DNA of 47,760 nt from Kiritimatiellia bacterium (GTDB taxonomy: Bacteria > Verrucomicrobiota > Kiritimatiellia > SLOV01): NCBI GenBank assembly GCA_963578625.1, contig CAUZEO010000004.1, positions 1 through 47,760 on the forward strand, read 5' to 3'. Both the position numbers and the translations under genes were made by a program. The stretch's first letter is position 1; every line of letters begins with the position of its first letter. Under the pieces are notes generated by a model. The model saw only the letters and a list, made by a program, of their open reading frames with translations, had not been told where the DNA came from and made no database searches. This document shows, one piece after another, positions 26,627 through 36,355 of the stretch.

Positions 26627-27835
26627 ATGCGATTCCTGCTGGATCAGTTGGAAAAATCAAAACACCTCTTCGAGCCCGGGGGGAAACTGGAGAAGCTGTA
26701 CCCCCTGTACGAGGCAAACGACACCTTTCTTTTCACCCCTTCCGACACGACCCAATCCTCTCCGCACGTCCGGGATTCGGTTGATCTTAAGCGCGTCATG
26801 ATCACGGTTGTCATCGCCCTGCTTCCCTGCCTGCTGTTCGGGATCTACAACGTGGGGCATCAATTCAACGTGGTAAACCAGGTCGAAGGCGCCGGATTCG
26901 CGTCACACATGTTCGAAGGGAGCCTCCGGGTCCTCCCCATCGTCTTCGTCTCCTACGCGGTGGGAGGAATGTGGGAGGTTCTCTTCTGCATCATCCGCAA
27001 ACACGAGATCAACGAAGGCTTCCTGGTTACGGGGATGCTGTTCCCCCTGACACTTCCACCCACCATCCCCCTGTGGCAGGTAGCGGTGGGGATCTCATTC
27101 GGCATCGTGATCGGGAAGGAGATTTTCGGAGGCACAGGATTCAACATCCTCAATCCCGCGCTGACCGCACGGGCATTTCTCTTCTTTGCCTACCCCGGAG
27201 ATATCATCGGAGACAGGGTATGGACGGTAATGAAGGACGGCGCGACTGCAATCGAGGGCTTCACCGGCGCAACCCCCCTGGGGGTGACCGCACTGGTCCC
27301 GGTCGGAGAAAACGCAACCGTGGCCCTGCGCGAAGCGGGATTCACCCTGTCCAGCATGTTCCACGGCCTCGAAGGCGGGAGTATTGGAGAAACCGCCATG
27401 ATTCCAGTCCTGATCGGCGCCGCCATTCTCATCATAACCGGGATCGGCTCGTGGCGTATCATGGTCGGGGGGGTCATCGGACTGCTGGCGATGGGCTGGT
27501 GCATGAATGCTCTCCCGGCGGAAGACTTTATCGGCGCCACCCAGCTCCCTGCCTACTACCATCTCGTCATCGGCGGGTTCGGATTCGGGATCGTATTTAT
27601 GGCCACCGACCCGGTTTCCGCGGCAGCAACGACCAAGGGAAAATGGATCTACGGCATCCTCGTCGGCGTCCTCATCGTCCTGATCCGCGTGGCCAATCCC
27701 GCCTACCCCGGCGGCGTCATGCTTTCGATCCTGTTTATGAATGTGATGGCACCCACCATTGATCACTTCGTCCTGAAATCGCACATCCGGAAACGTGAGG
27801 CGCACCTCAGAAAGTTCAGCTATGCCAAAGGATGA
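26627..27835 (+). CDS. nqrB: Na(+)-NQR subunit B
   Basis: HVRDSVDLKRVM, EGFLVT, KEIFGGTG.NILNPAL, FMN site TGAT, GSIGET and FMATDPVS. Confidence 0.95.
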   Translation: MRFLLDQLEKSKHLFEPGGKLEKLYPLYEANDTFLFTPSDTTQSSPHVRDSVDLKRVMITVVIALLPCLLFGIYNVGHQFNVVNQVEGAGFASHMFEGSLRVLPIVFVSYAVGGMWEVLFCIIRKHEINEGFLVTGMLFPLTLPPTIPLWQVAVGISFGIVIGKEIFGGTGFNILNPALTARAFLFFAYPGDIIGDRVWTVMKDGATAIEGFTGATPLGVTALVPVGENATVALREAGFTLSSMFHGLEGGSIGETAMIPVLIGAAILIITGIGSWRIMVGGVIGLLAMGWCMNALPAEDFIGATQLPAYYHLVIGGFGFGIVFMATDPVSAAATTKGKWIYGILVGVLIVLIRVANPAYPGGVMLSILFMNVMAPTIDHFVLKSHIRKREAHLRKFSYAKG

Positions 27836-28550
27836 TCGCAACGTAATCCTGTTTGCCGCGATTGTCTGCGTGGTCTGCAGCCTGGTTCTTTCAGCAACCG
27901 CGGCTGCGCTCAAGACCAGGCAGGATGATAACGCCGAACTTGATCGAAGAATGAACGTGCTTCAGGCGTTCGGCATTGAAGTGAAAGACGAGAAAGGCAG
28001 GAAGCTTCTTTCGAAAGAAGAGGTGGATGAGTACTTCACTGTGAATATATCAGAAGTCGTGCTCAAGGCCGACTCCGGCGAAGTGATGCCCAACGTAACC
28101 AGCGAAGGCCTGACACGGACGGAAATCAAGGAGAAAAGCAAACTCCCGCTCTATCTCTGGTCGGAAAATGACGAGATTGTAAAATATGCGTTTCCGATTT
28201 CCGGGCGCGGGCTTTGGTCCACCGTCCACGGGTACCTGGCCCTGGACCAGGATCTGGCAACCGTCGTCGGCGTCACCTTCTATAAGCACGGCGAGACTCC
28301 CGGCCTCGGCGCGGAATGCTCCGAACCGTGGTTCATGAATCAATTCGGAGGGAAAAAACTCTGGGCGGACGGCGAACTTCTTCCTTTCGAGGTGGTCAAG
28401 AACGGCGTCCCATCAAAATATCCCGACGGGTGTGATTACTGCGTCGACGGAATTACCGCCGCCACAATCACCAGCAACGGCATTATGAAATTCATCCGCT
28501 CAGACATGAAAGCCTACGACCAGTATTTTGCAACCATCCGGGGAAGCTAG
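27822..28550 (+). CDS. nqrC: Na(+)-NQR subunit C
   Basis: [16 protein letters not shown] and FMN site [11 protein letters not shown]. Confidence 0.92.
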   Translation: MPKDDRNVILFAAIVCVVCSLVLSATAAALKTRQDDNAELDRRMNVLQAFGIEVKDEKGRKLLSKEEVDEYFTVNISEVVLKADSGEVMPNVTSEGLTRTEIKEKSKLPLYLWSENDEIVKYAFPISGRGLWSTVHGYLALDQDLATVVGVTFYKHGETPGLGAECSEPWFMNQFGGKKLWADGELLPFEVVKNGVPSKYPDGCDYCVDGITAATITSNGIMKFIRSDMKAYDQYFATIRGS

Positions 28551-28555
28551 TCGAT

Positions 28556-29158
28556 ATGTCCAAGACAAAAGCAATCATCCTCGATCCTCTCTCCGACAAC
28601 AACCCGATCACCATACAGGTCCTGGGGATCTGCTCCGCACTTGCGGTCACCGTAAAAATGGAGACTGCGATCGTGATGTGCGTGGCATTGACCGTCGTGC
28701 TCACGCTCTCCAATACGGTGATCTCGCTTCTCCGAACCGTGATTCCCTTCCAAATCCGCATGATCGTCGAAATGTCGGTCATCGCCTCGCTTGTCGTACT
28801 GACCGACCAGGTGCTGAAGGCGTACCTTTACGATATCAGCACCCAACTGAGCGTGTTCGTTGGTCTGATCATCACCAACTGCATCGTCATGGGCCGGGCG
28901 GAAGCTTTCGCGCTGCAGAATCCGCCTTACCTTTCGTTTCTTGACGGCCTGGGAAACGCGCTTGGGTATAGCGCGATTCTCATCATTGTGGCGAGCATCC
29001 GCGAAGTGCTCGGCTCCGGAACGTGGTACGGAATGGCGGTGCTGCCCGAGGCGTACATGGGCAACGGGCTGGCCACACTGGCCCCCGGCGCATTTATCAT
29101 CGTGGGTCTGATCATCTGGGTACAGCGAACCGTCATTAAGAAATTCGAAGACAGCTGA
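28556..29158 (+). CDS. nqrD: Na(+)-NQR subunit D
   Basis: [18 protein letters not shown] and [20 protein letters not shown]. Confidence 0.95.
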   Translation: MSKTKAIILDPLSDNNPITIQVLGICSALAVTVKMETAIVMCVALTVVLTLSNTVISLLRTVIPFQIRMIVEMSVIASLVVLTDQVLKAYLYDISTQLSVFVGLIITNCIVMGRAEAFALQNPPYLSFLDGLGNALGYSAILIIVASIREVLGSGTWYGMAVLPEAYMGNGLATLAPGAFIIVGLIIWVQRTVIKKFEDS

Positions 29159-29177
29159 GGACAGGAAATTTGAGATC

Positions 29178-29795
29178 ATGGAACTGATCAATATTGCGGT
29201 TAAAGCGATCTTCATTGAGAACATGGTGCTGGCGTTCTTTCTCGGCATGTGCTCGTTCCTCGCGCTTTCCAAGAAAGTGGAAACGGCCACCGGGTTGGGG
29301 TTCGCGGTCATCTTCGTGCTGGGGATCACCTGCCCGATGAACTGGGTTATTCACGAGTTCCTGCTTAAGCCGGAAGCCCTGGCCTGGACCCACATTGGCG
29401 CGCTGTCGGCCCTCGATCTGTCCTTTCTCAATTTCATCTGCTTCATTGCGGTTATCGCTTCCCTGGTGCAGTTGGTAGAGATGACTCTGGACCGGTTTTT
29501 CCCCGCGCTTTACAACGCGCTCGGGATTTTCCTTCCTCTGATTACCGTGAACTGCTCGATCCTGGGCGGATCTCTATTCATGGTGGAGCGCGAATACGGT
29601 TTTTCTGAATCCCTCGTATTCGGCCTCTCTGCCGGGTTCGGATTCTTTCTGGCAATCGTCGGGCTCGCCGCAATTCGAGAGAAATTGAGGTACTCCAATA
29701 TTCCACCGGGCCTGCGCGGTCTGGGAATCACCTTCATCCTCACCGGGCTCATGGCAATCGGGTTTCTATGCTTCGCCGGTATTCAATTGGACTGA
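29178..29795 (+). CDS. nqrE: Na(+)-NQR subunit E
   Basis: [28 protein letters not shown] and [10 protein letters not shown]. Confidence 0.95.
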   Translation: MELINIAVKAIFIENMVLAFFLGMCSFLALSKKVETATGLGFAVIFVLGITCPMNWVIHEFLLKPEALAWTHIGALSALDLSFLNFICFIAVIASLVQLVEMTLDRFFPALYNALGIFLPLITVNCSILGGSLFMVEREYGFSESLVFGLSAGFGFFLAIVGLAAIREKLRYSNIPPGLRGLGITFILTGLMAIGFLCFAGIQLD

Positions 29796-29815
29796 TCTAG
29801 ATAAGGTACTTGGAA

Positions 29816-31042
29816 ATGGAAGGTTTAATATACGTTTTCGTAAGCGTCTTCGTTTTCACCGGCGTCATCCTCCTCCTGGTGTATGGCCTGATGGTCGCGG
29901 CCCGTCACCTGCAGCCGGGTGGCACCGTAATGGTCGACATTAATGGCGGCTCGAAGGTGCTCGAAGTGATGCCCGGAACATCCCTGCTTTCGGTCCTCGC
30001 CGACCAGGCGGTCTTTCTGCCCTCGGCCTGCGGCGGCGGCGGAACCTGCGCCATGTGCAAGTGCGGCGTGCTCGAGGGGGGCGGCAGCATTCTCCCTACA
30101 GAAACAGGACACGTTACCAAGCAGGAAGCCAAGGAAGGCATGCGGCTGTCTTGCCAGGTAAAAGTGAAGCACGACATGCGGATCACCGTGCCCGACGAGG
30201 TGATGGAAATTAAGAAGTTTGATTGCACGGTCCGCTCCAATCACAACGTTGCTACCTTCATCAAGGAACTTGTCGTCGACCTCCCGAAGGGCGTGGACCT
30301 GAACTTTCAGGCCGGTGGGTATATCCAGATTGACATTCCCAAGTACGAGCTGAAGTTCTCCGAGTTTGATGTGGAGGAGGAATATCGCGATGCCTGGGAT
30401 GCCATGAAGCTATGGGATATCGGCGTCAAGAATGATGACCCCTGCTTCCGCGCCTATTCCATGGCCAACCATCCCGCCGAAGGGAATATGGTCATGCTCA
30501 ATGTTCGCATTGCCACTCCCCCGCCCCATGTTCCCGCGCCTCCGGGAATCGCCTCCAGTTTCATGTTCAATCTTAAGCCCGGCGACAAGTGCATGATCAG
30601 CGGGCCGTTCGGTGAATTCTTCGTTAAAGAGGATTCTGACCGCGAAATGGTCTATATCGGCGGTGGCGCCGGAATGGCGCCGTTACGCAGCCACATCTTC
30701 CACCTGTTCGACACCTTGAAATCCGGACGCAAGGTCAGCTACTGGTACGGCGGGCGTTCACTTCGCGAACTTTTCTACATCGATCATTTCCGGGAAATCG
30801 AAAAGAAATTTTCCAACTTTAAATTTCATATCGCGCTCAGCGAACCGCAACCGGAAGACAACTGGAAGGGACCGGTCGGCTTTATTCACACCGTCACCCT
30901 CGACCACTATTTGAAAGATCATGAAGATCCAACGGAAATAGAATACTACATGTGCGGCCCTCCCCCCATGATCGCCGCTGTCAATCACATGCTGTACGAC
31001 CTCGGCGTGGAAAAAGAAATGATCGCTTACGACGAGTTCTAA
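29816..31042 (+). CDS. nqrF: Na(+)-NQR subunit F
   Basis: [2Fe-2S] motif [12 protein letters not shown]...[20 protein letters not shown] and YYMCGPP. Confidence 0.95.
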   Translation: MEGLIYVFVSVFVFTGVILLLVYGLMVAARHLQPGGTVMVDINGGSKVLEVMPGTSLLSVLADQAVFLPSACGGGGTCAMCKCGVLEGGGSILPTETGHVTKQEAKEGMRLSCQVKVKHDMRITVPDEVMEIKKFDCTVRSNHNVATFIKELVVDLPKGVDLNFQAGGYIQIDIPKYELKFSEFDVEEEYRDAWDAMKLWDIGVKNDDPCFRAYSMANHPAEGNMVMLNVRIATPPPHVPAPPGIASSFMFNLKPGDKCMISGPFGEFFVKEDSDREMVYIGGGAGMAPLRSHIFHLFDTLKSGRKVSYWYGGRSLRELFYIDHFREIEKKFSNFKFHIALSEPQPEDNWKGPVGFIHTVTLDHYLKDHEDPTEIEYYMCGPPPMIAAVNHMLYDLGVEKEMIAYDEF

Positions 31043-31048
31043 ATCCCC

Positions 31049-32152
31049 GTGACCCAAACCCAGCGGCTCAATGTCCGGAAGACGATCTTCCTCGGGTCGG
31101 TCCTCATCGCCTTCTTCGTCTATACCTATTTCATCCGTGACCCGCGACTACGGACTGTCCCCCCGATTGTGGGGAGTACCATGGGGACCAGCTACCAGGT
31201 GAAGATCGCGAATTCGCGGATGACAAAGAATCAGCTTCGCGAATTATCCTCTGCAATCAAAACCCTCCTCGCGAACCTTAATCGTCAGATGTCGACGTAC
31301 ATGACGGATAGCCAGATTTCGTCGTTCAACAAATCACAATCCACCAACCCGTTTTTTACTGAGGTCGCTTTCGGCGAAGTATCCTCTTACGCAATCGAAC
31401 TGGCCAAGGACACGGGCGGCGCGTTCGATCCAACGCTTGGACCCCTGATCCAACGATGGGGATTCGGCCACACCAGGCCGGAGACCACGGCCCCGACCTC
31501 CGTAGAGATCGTCGAGCTACTTCAGCGCTGCGGATACACAAACCTGATCATGGTATCCGATCGGAAAATTCAGAAACGTATTCCAGACTTGGAATTGAAT
31601 TTGAGCGCCGTAGCCAAAGGGTACGCCGTGGATGCGTTGACTTTCTTTCTAACCCACAAAGGATTGAGACACGTCTACGTGGAAATCGGCGGGGAAACGC
31701 GGGTTCGCGGCCTGAATCAGGATGGAGAACCCTGGCGCATCGGGCTCGATTATCCCGACGCGGAGCTGGCGCCCGGCGAATCTCTTGCCGCCATCCTTTC
31801 GCTCACCAACATGGCCGTCGCTACATCCGGCGACTATCGGAATCAGTACGTGGACGAAAACGGCAGCACCCGGAATCACATTCTGGATCCGCGGACCGGA
31901 TCACCGATTACCAACCGCGTCGCCAGCGCCACCGTGATCGCGCCGCGTTGCATGATCGCCGACGGCACAGCCACCGCACTAATGGTGATGGGACCGGTGG
32001 CCGGCATCGAGTGGGCCGAGAACCAGGAAGAACTTGAAGCCTTTCTACTGGTCCGGGACGAAACAGGAACCCTCGAGGTCTTTCAAACGTCGGGATTCAA
32101 ACGGTTCGCGACGGAGATTTTCGTGGCGGAAACACAAGCTGCATCCCCTTGA
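31049..32152 (+). CDS. apbE: FAD:protein FMN transferase
   Basis: TMGT, GGAFDPT, LSAVAKGYAVD, VEIGGE, ATSGDYR, HILDPRTG and ADGTATALMV. Confidence 0.93.
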   Translation: MTQTQRLNVRKTIFLGSVLIAFFVYTYFIRDPRLRTVPPIVGSTMGTSYQVKIANSRMTKNQLRELSSAIKTLLANLNRQMSTYMTDSQISSFNKSQSTNPFFTEVAFGEVSSYAIELAKDTGGAFDPTLGPLIQRWGFGHTRPETTAPTSVEIVELLQRCGYTNLIMVSDRKIQKRIPDLELNLSAVAKGYAVDALTFFLTHKGLRHVYVEIGGETRVRGLNQDGEPWRIGLDYPDAELAPGESLAAILSLTNMAVATSGDYRNQYVDENGSTRNHILDPRTGSPITNRVASATVIAPRCMIADGTATALMVMGPVAGIEWAENQEELEAFLLVRDETGTLEVFQTSGFKRFATEIFVAETQAASP

Positions 32153-32157
32153 TGTTC

Positions 32158-32429
32158 CTTGTTTGAGAGTACCGGCCTACCCCTCATCGTCGCGAGCTTA
32201 CTCGTTCTGTTCTGGCAGTATTTAGAAACCGGCTGTGATTAGTCGAACAAGGTTGGCGGTTCGATTAGGCTCACGAGTAGGATTTCCCTGACTCGTGAGC
32301 CTAATCGGCGGAAGCTGTGAGACAAAGCTCGCGACAAAGTTTACGCCGAAGGGCGGACTCTCAAACCTGAAAAATCTGGCTCGCCGCCGAGGGCCCCACT
32401 GAACACTGAAACCTGTACTCTCAAACAAG
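32158..32429. repeat. 272-bp element with three nested inverted repeats (MITE-like or structured RNA)
   Basis: Outer 15-bp perfect IR cttgtttgagagtac (32158-32172 / 32415-32429). Middle 11-bp IR gtcgcgagctt (32189-32199 / 32325-32335). Inner 17-bp perfect IR cgattaggctcacgagt (32262-32278 / 32291-32307). Confidence 0.8.
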
Positions 32430-32457
32430 AAGTGATCCCGAATACCGACAACCGCTT

Positions 32458-32745
32458 CTACTTCGTCCCGGATTCACGCCGAGGCGGAATTGCCGCCTCC
32501 AGCACCCGGCAACACGCGGTGGGCCTCTCTTCCAGCTCCGCCTGGGACTCCCGGCGCTCGCAGGGAGTCTCCGAGGATTCGGGGCAGGCACCCGGACAGT
32601 CAATACGCTCCCCCTTGTAGATGATGCTCGCACATCCACAACTCTTGAACGACTTGTTGCGAATGATGACACCGACAGCCATGGCAAGCATGCAGAGGGC
32701 CACGGCAACCAGCGCGGCAATAAAAATGATCAGAAAATAGGACAT
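32458..32745 (-). CDS. NqrM-like (DUF539-type) Na(+)-NQR maturation protein
   Basis: Single TM helix ending MAVGVIIRNK, then KSCGC...DCPGAC...PC...ACC. Located right after apbE but on the opposite strand. Start ATG 32745. Confidence 0.65.
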   Translation of the reverse strand: MSYFLIIFIAALVAVALCMLAMAVGVIIRNKSFKSCGCASIIYKGERIDCPGACPESSETPCERRESQAELEERPTACCRVLEAAIPPRRESGTK

Positions 32746-32889
32746 TCGCTCTGTGTGAACGCTACGGGACCGACTCGGGGATGTCAAGGTGGGCCAGAGT
32801 TCGGTGCATTCTCCTCCGACATGGATTTCACGTCTCGCTTTAAAAATCCGCCGCCAGCCCATATAACTGACACGAGGACATCGTCGACA

Positions 32890-33891
32890 ATGGCATGGAT
32901 CATCACACCTGGGTATCTGGCTCGCCGCGCCGAGCTCTTTCAACAGCTGGCCACCATGCTGTCGGCAGGGGTGCCGCTGATACGCTCGCTTGAACGACAA
33001 CGGACAAGCGCCATCGGGAGAGTTTGGCGAAAGCCCTTGGGCGCACTCATTCAACGACTGCGTGACGGAGATCCGGTCGGGCAGGCACTGGAGGAAACCT
33101 CTCGCTGGGTATCACCTTTCGACGCGGCTCTCCTACGGGCCGGCGTAGAGAGCGGTACACTTGAGCGGTCATTTCAATTACTGGCCCGCAGTGACCGGGA
33201 ACGGGCGCTTGCTTTGCGGCGGTTTTCATCGGGCCTTATTCATCCGTTGATCGTAATTCACCTGGCGGGACTCGTATTTCCTCCGAACCTGATTACCGCC
33301 GCCGTGATTGACGGCACGCCGACGACGTTCCTTGTTACGAAGGCGATCTTGTTCGCAAAAATCTATGGGATCGGCCTCCTGATTTTGATCGCGGCCCGGG
33401 TGACCGGTTCGACGTGGTGGTTGCGGTTCCTGCTCGAACGCATTCTCCACCTCGTCCCATTCCTGGGGCGCGCACGCCGGTCCTGGGCACTTACGCGGCT
33501 CGCCACCTCCCTGAACGCGCTATTGAACGCCGGGGGGAACGTTCAGCCGGCCTGGAAGCAGGCGGCCTACGCCAGCGGATCACCGGCCCTCCGCGGCGCG
33601 GTGGCATCGTGGGGAAAAGCATGGCAGGACGGAGCCACGCCGGGAGAAACCGTGGGTGGTTCCAGAACGTTTCCCGACCTCTTCGGCGATCTCTATCTCA
33701 CCGGGGAAACCAGCGGAAAACTAGAGGAATCCCTGGACCGAATCGGTGACTACTATCAAGACGAAGCCATCCGGAATATGACGATTTTCGCGGAGTGGAC
33801 TCCTCGCATCCTTTACCTGTTTCTTCTGGGGACGATCGCCTATTTCATCATCACATTCTACGCTTCTTATTTCAGCAGTTTAGGCCTTTAG
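32890..33891 (+). CDS. type II secretion system F / PilC family inner-membrane platform protein
   Basis: QLATMLSAGVPLIRSL, AGVESGTLE, LNALLNAG and TGETSGKLEESLDRIGDYY. Two T2SSF repeats. Confidence 0.9.
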   Translation: MAWIITPGYLARRAELFQQLATMLSAGVPLIRSLERQRTSAIGRVWRKPLGALIQRLRDGDPVGQALEETSRWVSPFDAALLRAGVESGTLERSFQLLARSDRERALALRRFSSGLIHPLIVIHLAGLVFPPNLITAAVIDGTPTTFLVTKAILFAKIYGIGLLILIAARVTGSTWWLRFLLERILHLVPFLGRARRSWALTRLATSLNALLNAGGNVQPAWKQAAYASGSPALRGAVASWGKAWQDGATPGETVGGSRTFPDLFGDLYLTGETSGKLEESLDRIGDYYQDEAIRNMTIFAEWTPRILYLFLLGTIAYFIITFYASYFSSLGL

Positions 33892-34135
33892 CCCCTGGCC
33901 TTGTTATTCGCATCATCATGAAGATCGTCGCGATCAACAGCAGGGGCGCCGGAAGTTCGGTACTGTCAAGTCGCTGCATTAATTGAAAGTGCATCACGTT
34001 CCACGCTGCATCCTGCGTTGCAAGGTGCATTGAATAATTTCTATTCTCCAGCTCTATCATATTGGTGTGCCCGCTCGTTGCCGCAAGCAATCCAAGCCAG
34101 AGCATCACATCAAAAACGAACAATCGCTTCGTCAT
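33872..34135 (-). CDS. small hypothetical protein or relic with a signal peptide and a C-terminal TM/basic tail
   Basis: MTKRLFVFDVMLWLGLLAA ... ELPAPLLLIATIFMMMRITR. Weak support. Confidence 0.3.
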   Translation of the reverse strand: MTKRLFVFDVMLWLGLLAATSGHTNMIELENRNYSMHLATQDAAWNVMHFQLMQRLDSTELPAPLLLIATIFMMMRITRPGAKGLNC

Positions 34136-34392
34136 AAACCTTCCTCCATTCACCGGTTAATCCGGTGATCACCTCCAACGTAGACGCATGCCCAGGAATT
34201 CCCGGTGAAAGGACGATGAATTGTGCGTGAAATGCGACAACCACCAGGAACGGCCCGTCACACTTGTGACGCCACATCTCTCCAAGATGAACCGCTACTA
34301 TCCGGCCGCTTTTCATGCGTGGCGCACCGGATGTTAATTTATAAATGAAAAAACAAGAATGCCGAAACAAGCATCCAGGTTCACCAATGCCC

Positions 34393-35166
34393 GGTAATGA
34401 CGGGTCATTAAAGGGCCGGTCGTTGGGTACCCGGATCTCAACCGGCTGTGACTATATCGATCAGCCGATCTCCGGGCACGATACGATCGAAGAAGGCGAG
34501 TTTGCGGTGCTGCGGATCGCGGATGCCGAGACAGGGATCGGCGACCGCGATCGGGAGAAAATCTTTGACCCATTCTACTCGAGCAAAAAGATGGGCCGAA
34601 GTGGCACGGGACTGGGCCTGGGCGTAGTGTACGGCATAGTCAAGGACCACGATGGGTATATTGACATCCACGGCGAACCGGGAGAAGGAACGGAGTTCGT
34701 TATCTACACCCCGGCAACACAGGCGCAACAGACCGTAGAAAATGAAATCTAGATAGCCGACCGCAGGACGGAAAAAATTCTTGTCGTCGACGACGTCAAA
34801 GAGCAGCGACAGCTTGCATCGAAACTTCTCCGGAGAAAAGGCTACGAAGTGGTGATCGCGGAGAACGGGCGGAACGAGGTTGAACTAATGAAGCAAACTC
34901 CATTCGACCTGCTCGTACTGGACATGATCATGGGAAAAGACTTCGATGGCCACGATACGTATCGGCAAATGATCCAACTTCGGCCCGGGCAGCCCTGCGT
35001 CATCGCCAGCGGTTTCTCGGAAAGTGATCGAGTCAAAGAGGCGCAGCAACTGGGCGTGGGAACTTATGTGCGCAAGCCATACGCCCTGGAGAAACTCTCG
35101 CGCGCGGTCCGCATTGAACTGGACCGCGAACAGATAAAAAACATTGGGCCCGTCAGCTCAACTTGA
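34393..35166 (+). pseudogene. truncated hybrid histidine kinase (HATPase_c + receiver)
   Basis: KIFDPFYSSKKMGRSGTGLGLGVVYGIVKDHDG. An in-frame TAG at 34750-34752 is followed in the same frame by KILVVDD...DLLVLDMIM...IASGFS...RKPY. No HisKA or sensor domain, and the G1 box is degenerate (DAETG). Confidence 0.8.
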
Positions 35167-36172
35167 CGTGGATTCGCGTTACCGAACCCGGGTTTTCATT
35201 CCAGGCCGAGAGCCGCCCCCCCGCCTCCTCCAGCCGAACGGTCTCGGTGATGACCCGTTCGGTGGGGAATGTGCCGGTTTCCAGCATCGCGATGGCCGCT
35301 TGAAAATCCTTCGTGGTCGCGTTCCGGGACCCCATGATATCCAGTTCCTTCAGAATAAAGTACTTCGTCTCATACTCCACCGGCAATTTTGCGTAACCGA
35401 TATAGACAACCCTGCCGGCATAGCAGACTTCCTCCACGGCGGAAATGAAAGTCCGCGGAGTGCCTACGGCCTCGATCACCACCGATGGACCCTCTCCGTC
35501 CGTCCGGGATTGTAGGACGTCGTGAAGTGACTCCCGTGCCGAATCGATCAGGTGGGTCGCCCCACAGGCCTTCGCAACCTCCAATTTTGCAGAATCGACG
35601 TCGATACCGAACACCTCCGCGCCACGGCTTGCGGCACCGGCGATTACCCCCAAGCCGATCGCACCACACCCGATCACGGCTACAGTGTCCGCCTCTTGAA
35701 CCCGAGCCCTGTCCACCGCATGAAATCCTACCGTCAACGGCTCCACCAGCGCCATTTCATGGGTGGTCAGGGTTTCCGAAGTAAACAAACGTTGCTCGTG
35801 CACGGCAAAATATTCCGACATGGCTCCGTCCCGCTGCACTCCAAACGTCTGGTTGTTTCGGCAGCAGTTATTCCGCCCCGCCCGGCACGCTGCGCACGCT
35901 CCGCAGTTCGAATAGGGTGAAGCCAGAACCAACTGCCCCGGGCGCCACGCATCTCCAACCCCCTCGCCCAAGCTCTCTATCGACGCGCCGATCTCATGAC
36001 CAGGCACCAGGGGATAGGAAACAAGGGGATTCAACCCACGGTACGTATTGAGATCCGATCCGCAGAATCCAACCGTATGCAACCGCAGAAGCACCTCCCC
36101 CGGTCCGGGGTCGGGGACCGAGCGATCCACTATCTCCGTGCGCCCGGGTTCGGTGATGACAAAGGTTTTCAT
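35153..36172 (-). CDS. zinc-dependent alcohol dehydrogenase (sugar-acid dehydrogenase-like)
   Basis: [33 protein letters not shown] and GSRNAT. Confidence 0.9.
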   Translation of the reverse strand: MKTFVITEPGRTEIVDRSVPDPGPGEVLLRLHTVGFCGSDLNTYRGLNPLVSYPLVPGHEIGASIESLGEGVGDAWRPGQLVLASPYSNCGACAACRAGRNNCCRNNQTFGVQRDGAMSEYFAVHEQRLFTSETLTTHEMALVEPLTVGFHAVDRARVQEADTVAVIGCGAIGLGVIAGAASRGAEVFGIDVDSAKLEVAKACGATHLIDSARESLHDVLQSRTDGEGPSVVIEAVGTPRTFISAVEEVCYAGRVVYIGYAKLPVEYETKYFILKELDIMGSRNATTKDFQAAIAMLETGTFPTERVITETVRLEEAGGRLSAWNENPGSVTRIHVKLS

Positions 36173-36355
36173 CAGTGTTCGGTTTACAGTGCTGCTGGCC
36201 GGATTTTTCACAGTTGACTGAGTTGCACTCAGAAACAAGGTTTCAGGGAACCGATACTCTCAAACAAGTTGAAAGATATCCCGACTGCACACTGTGTGCA
36301 ATCTTGAATCCCCCTTCCTTGCGGGCGGGATCGTGAGGTTGCGCAGCCTATAAAA

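Noticed and set aside
25256-31042. Rnf complex instead of Na+-NQR
   Set aside because: The A-B-C-D-E-F order, an NqrF with FAD/NAD domains and an NqrA lacking the two 4Fe-4S motifs of RnfC all indicate NQR.
32746-33054. N-terminal half of the 198-aa minus-strand ORF
   Set aside because: It overlaps the pilC start antisense. Only the part from ATG 32745 looks like a protein.
34750-34752. In-frame TAG as pyrrolysine or recoded stop
   Set aside because: TAG ends many intact genes here (e.g. nqrA, nqrC), there are no pyl genes, and the surrounding gene is truncated and degenerate.
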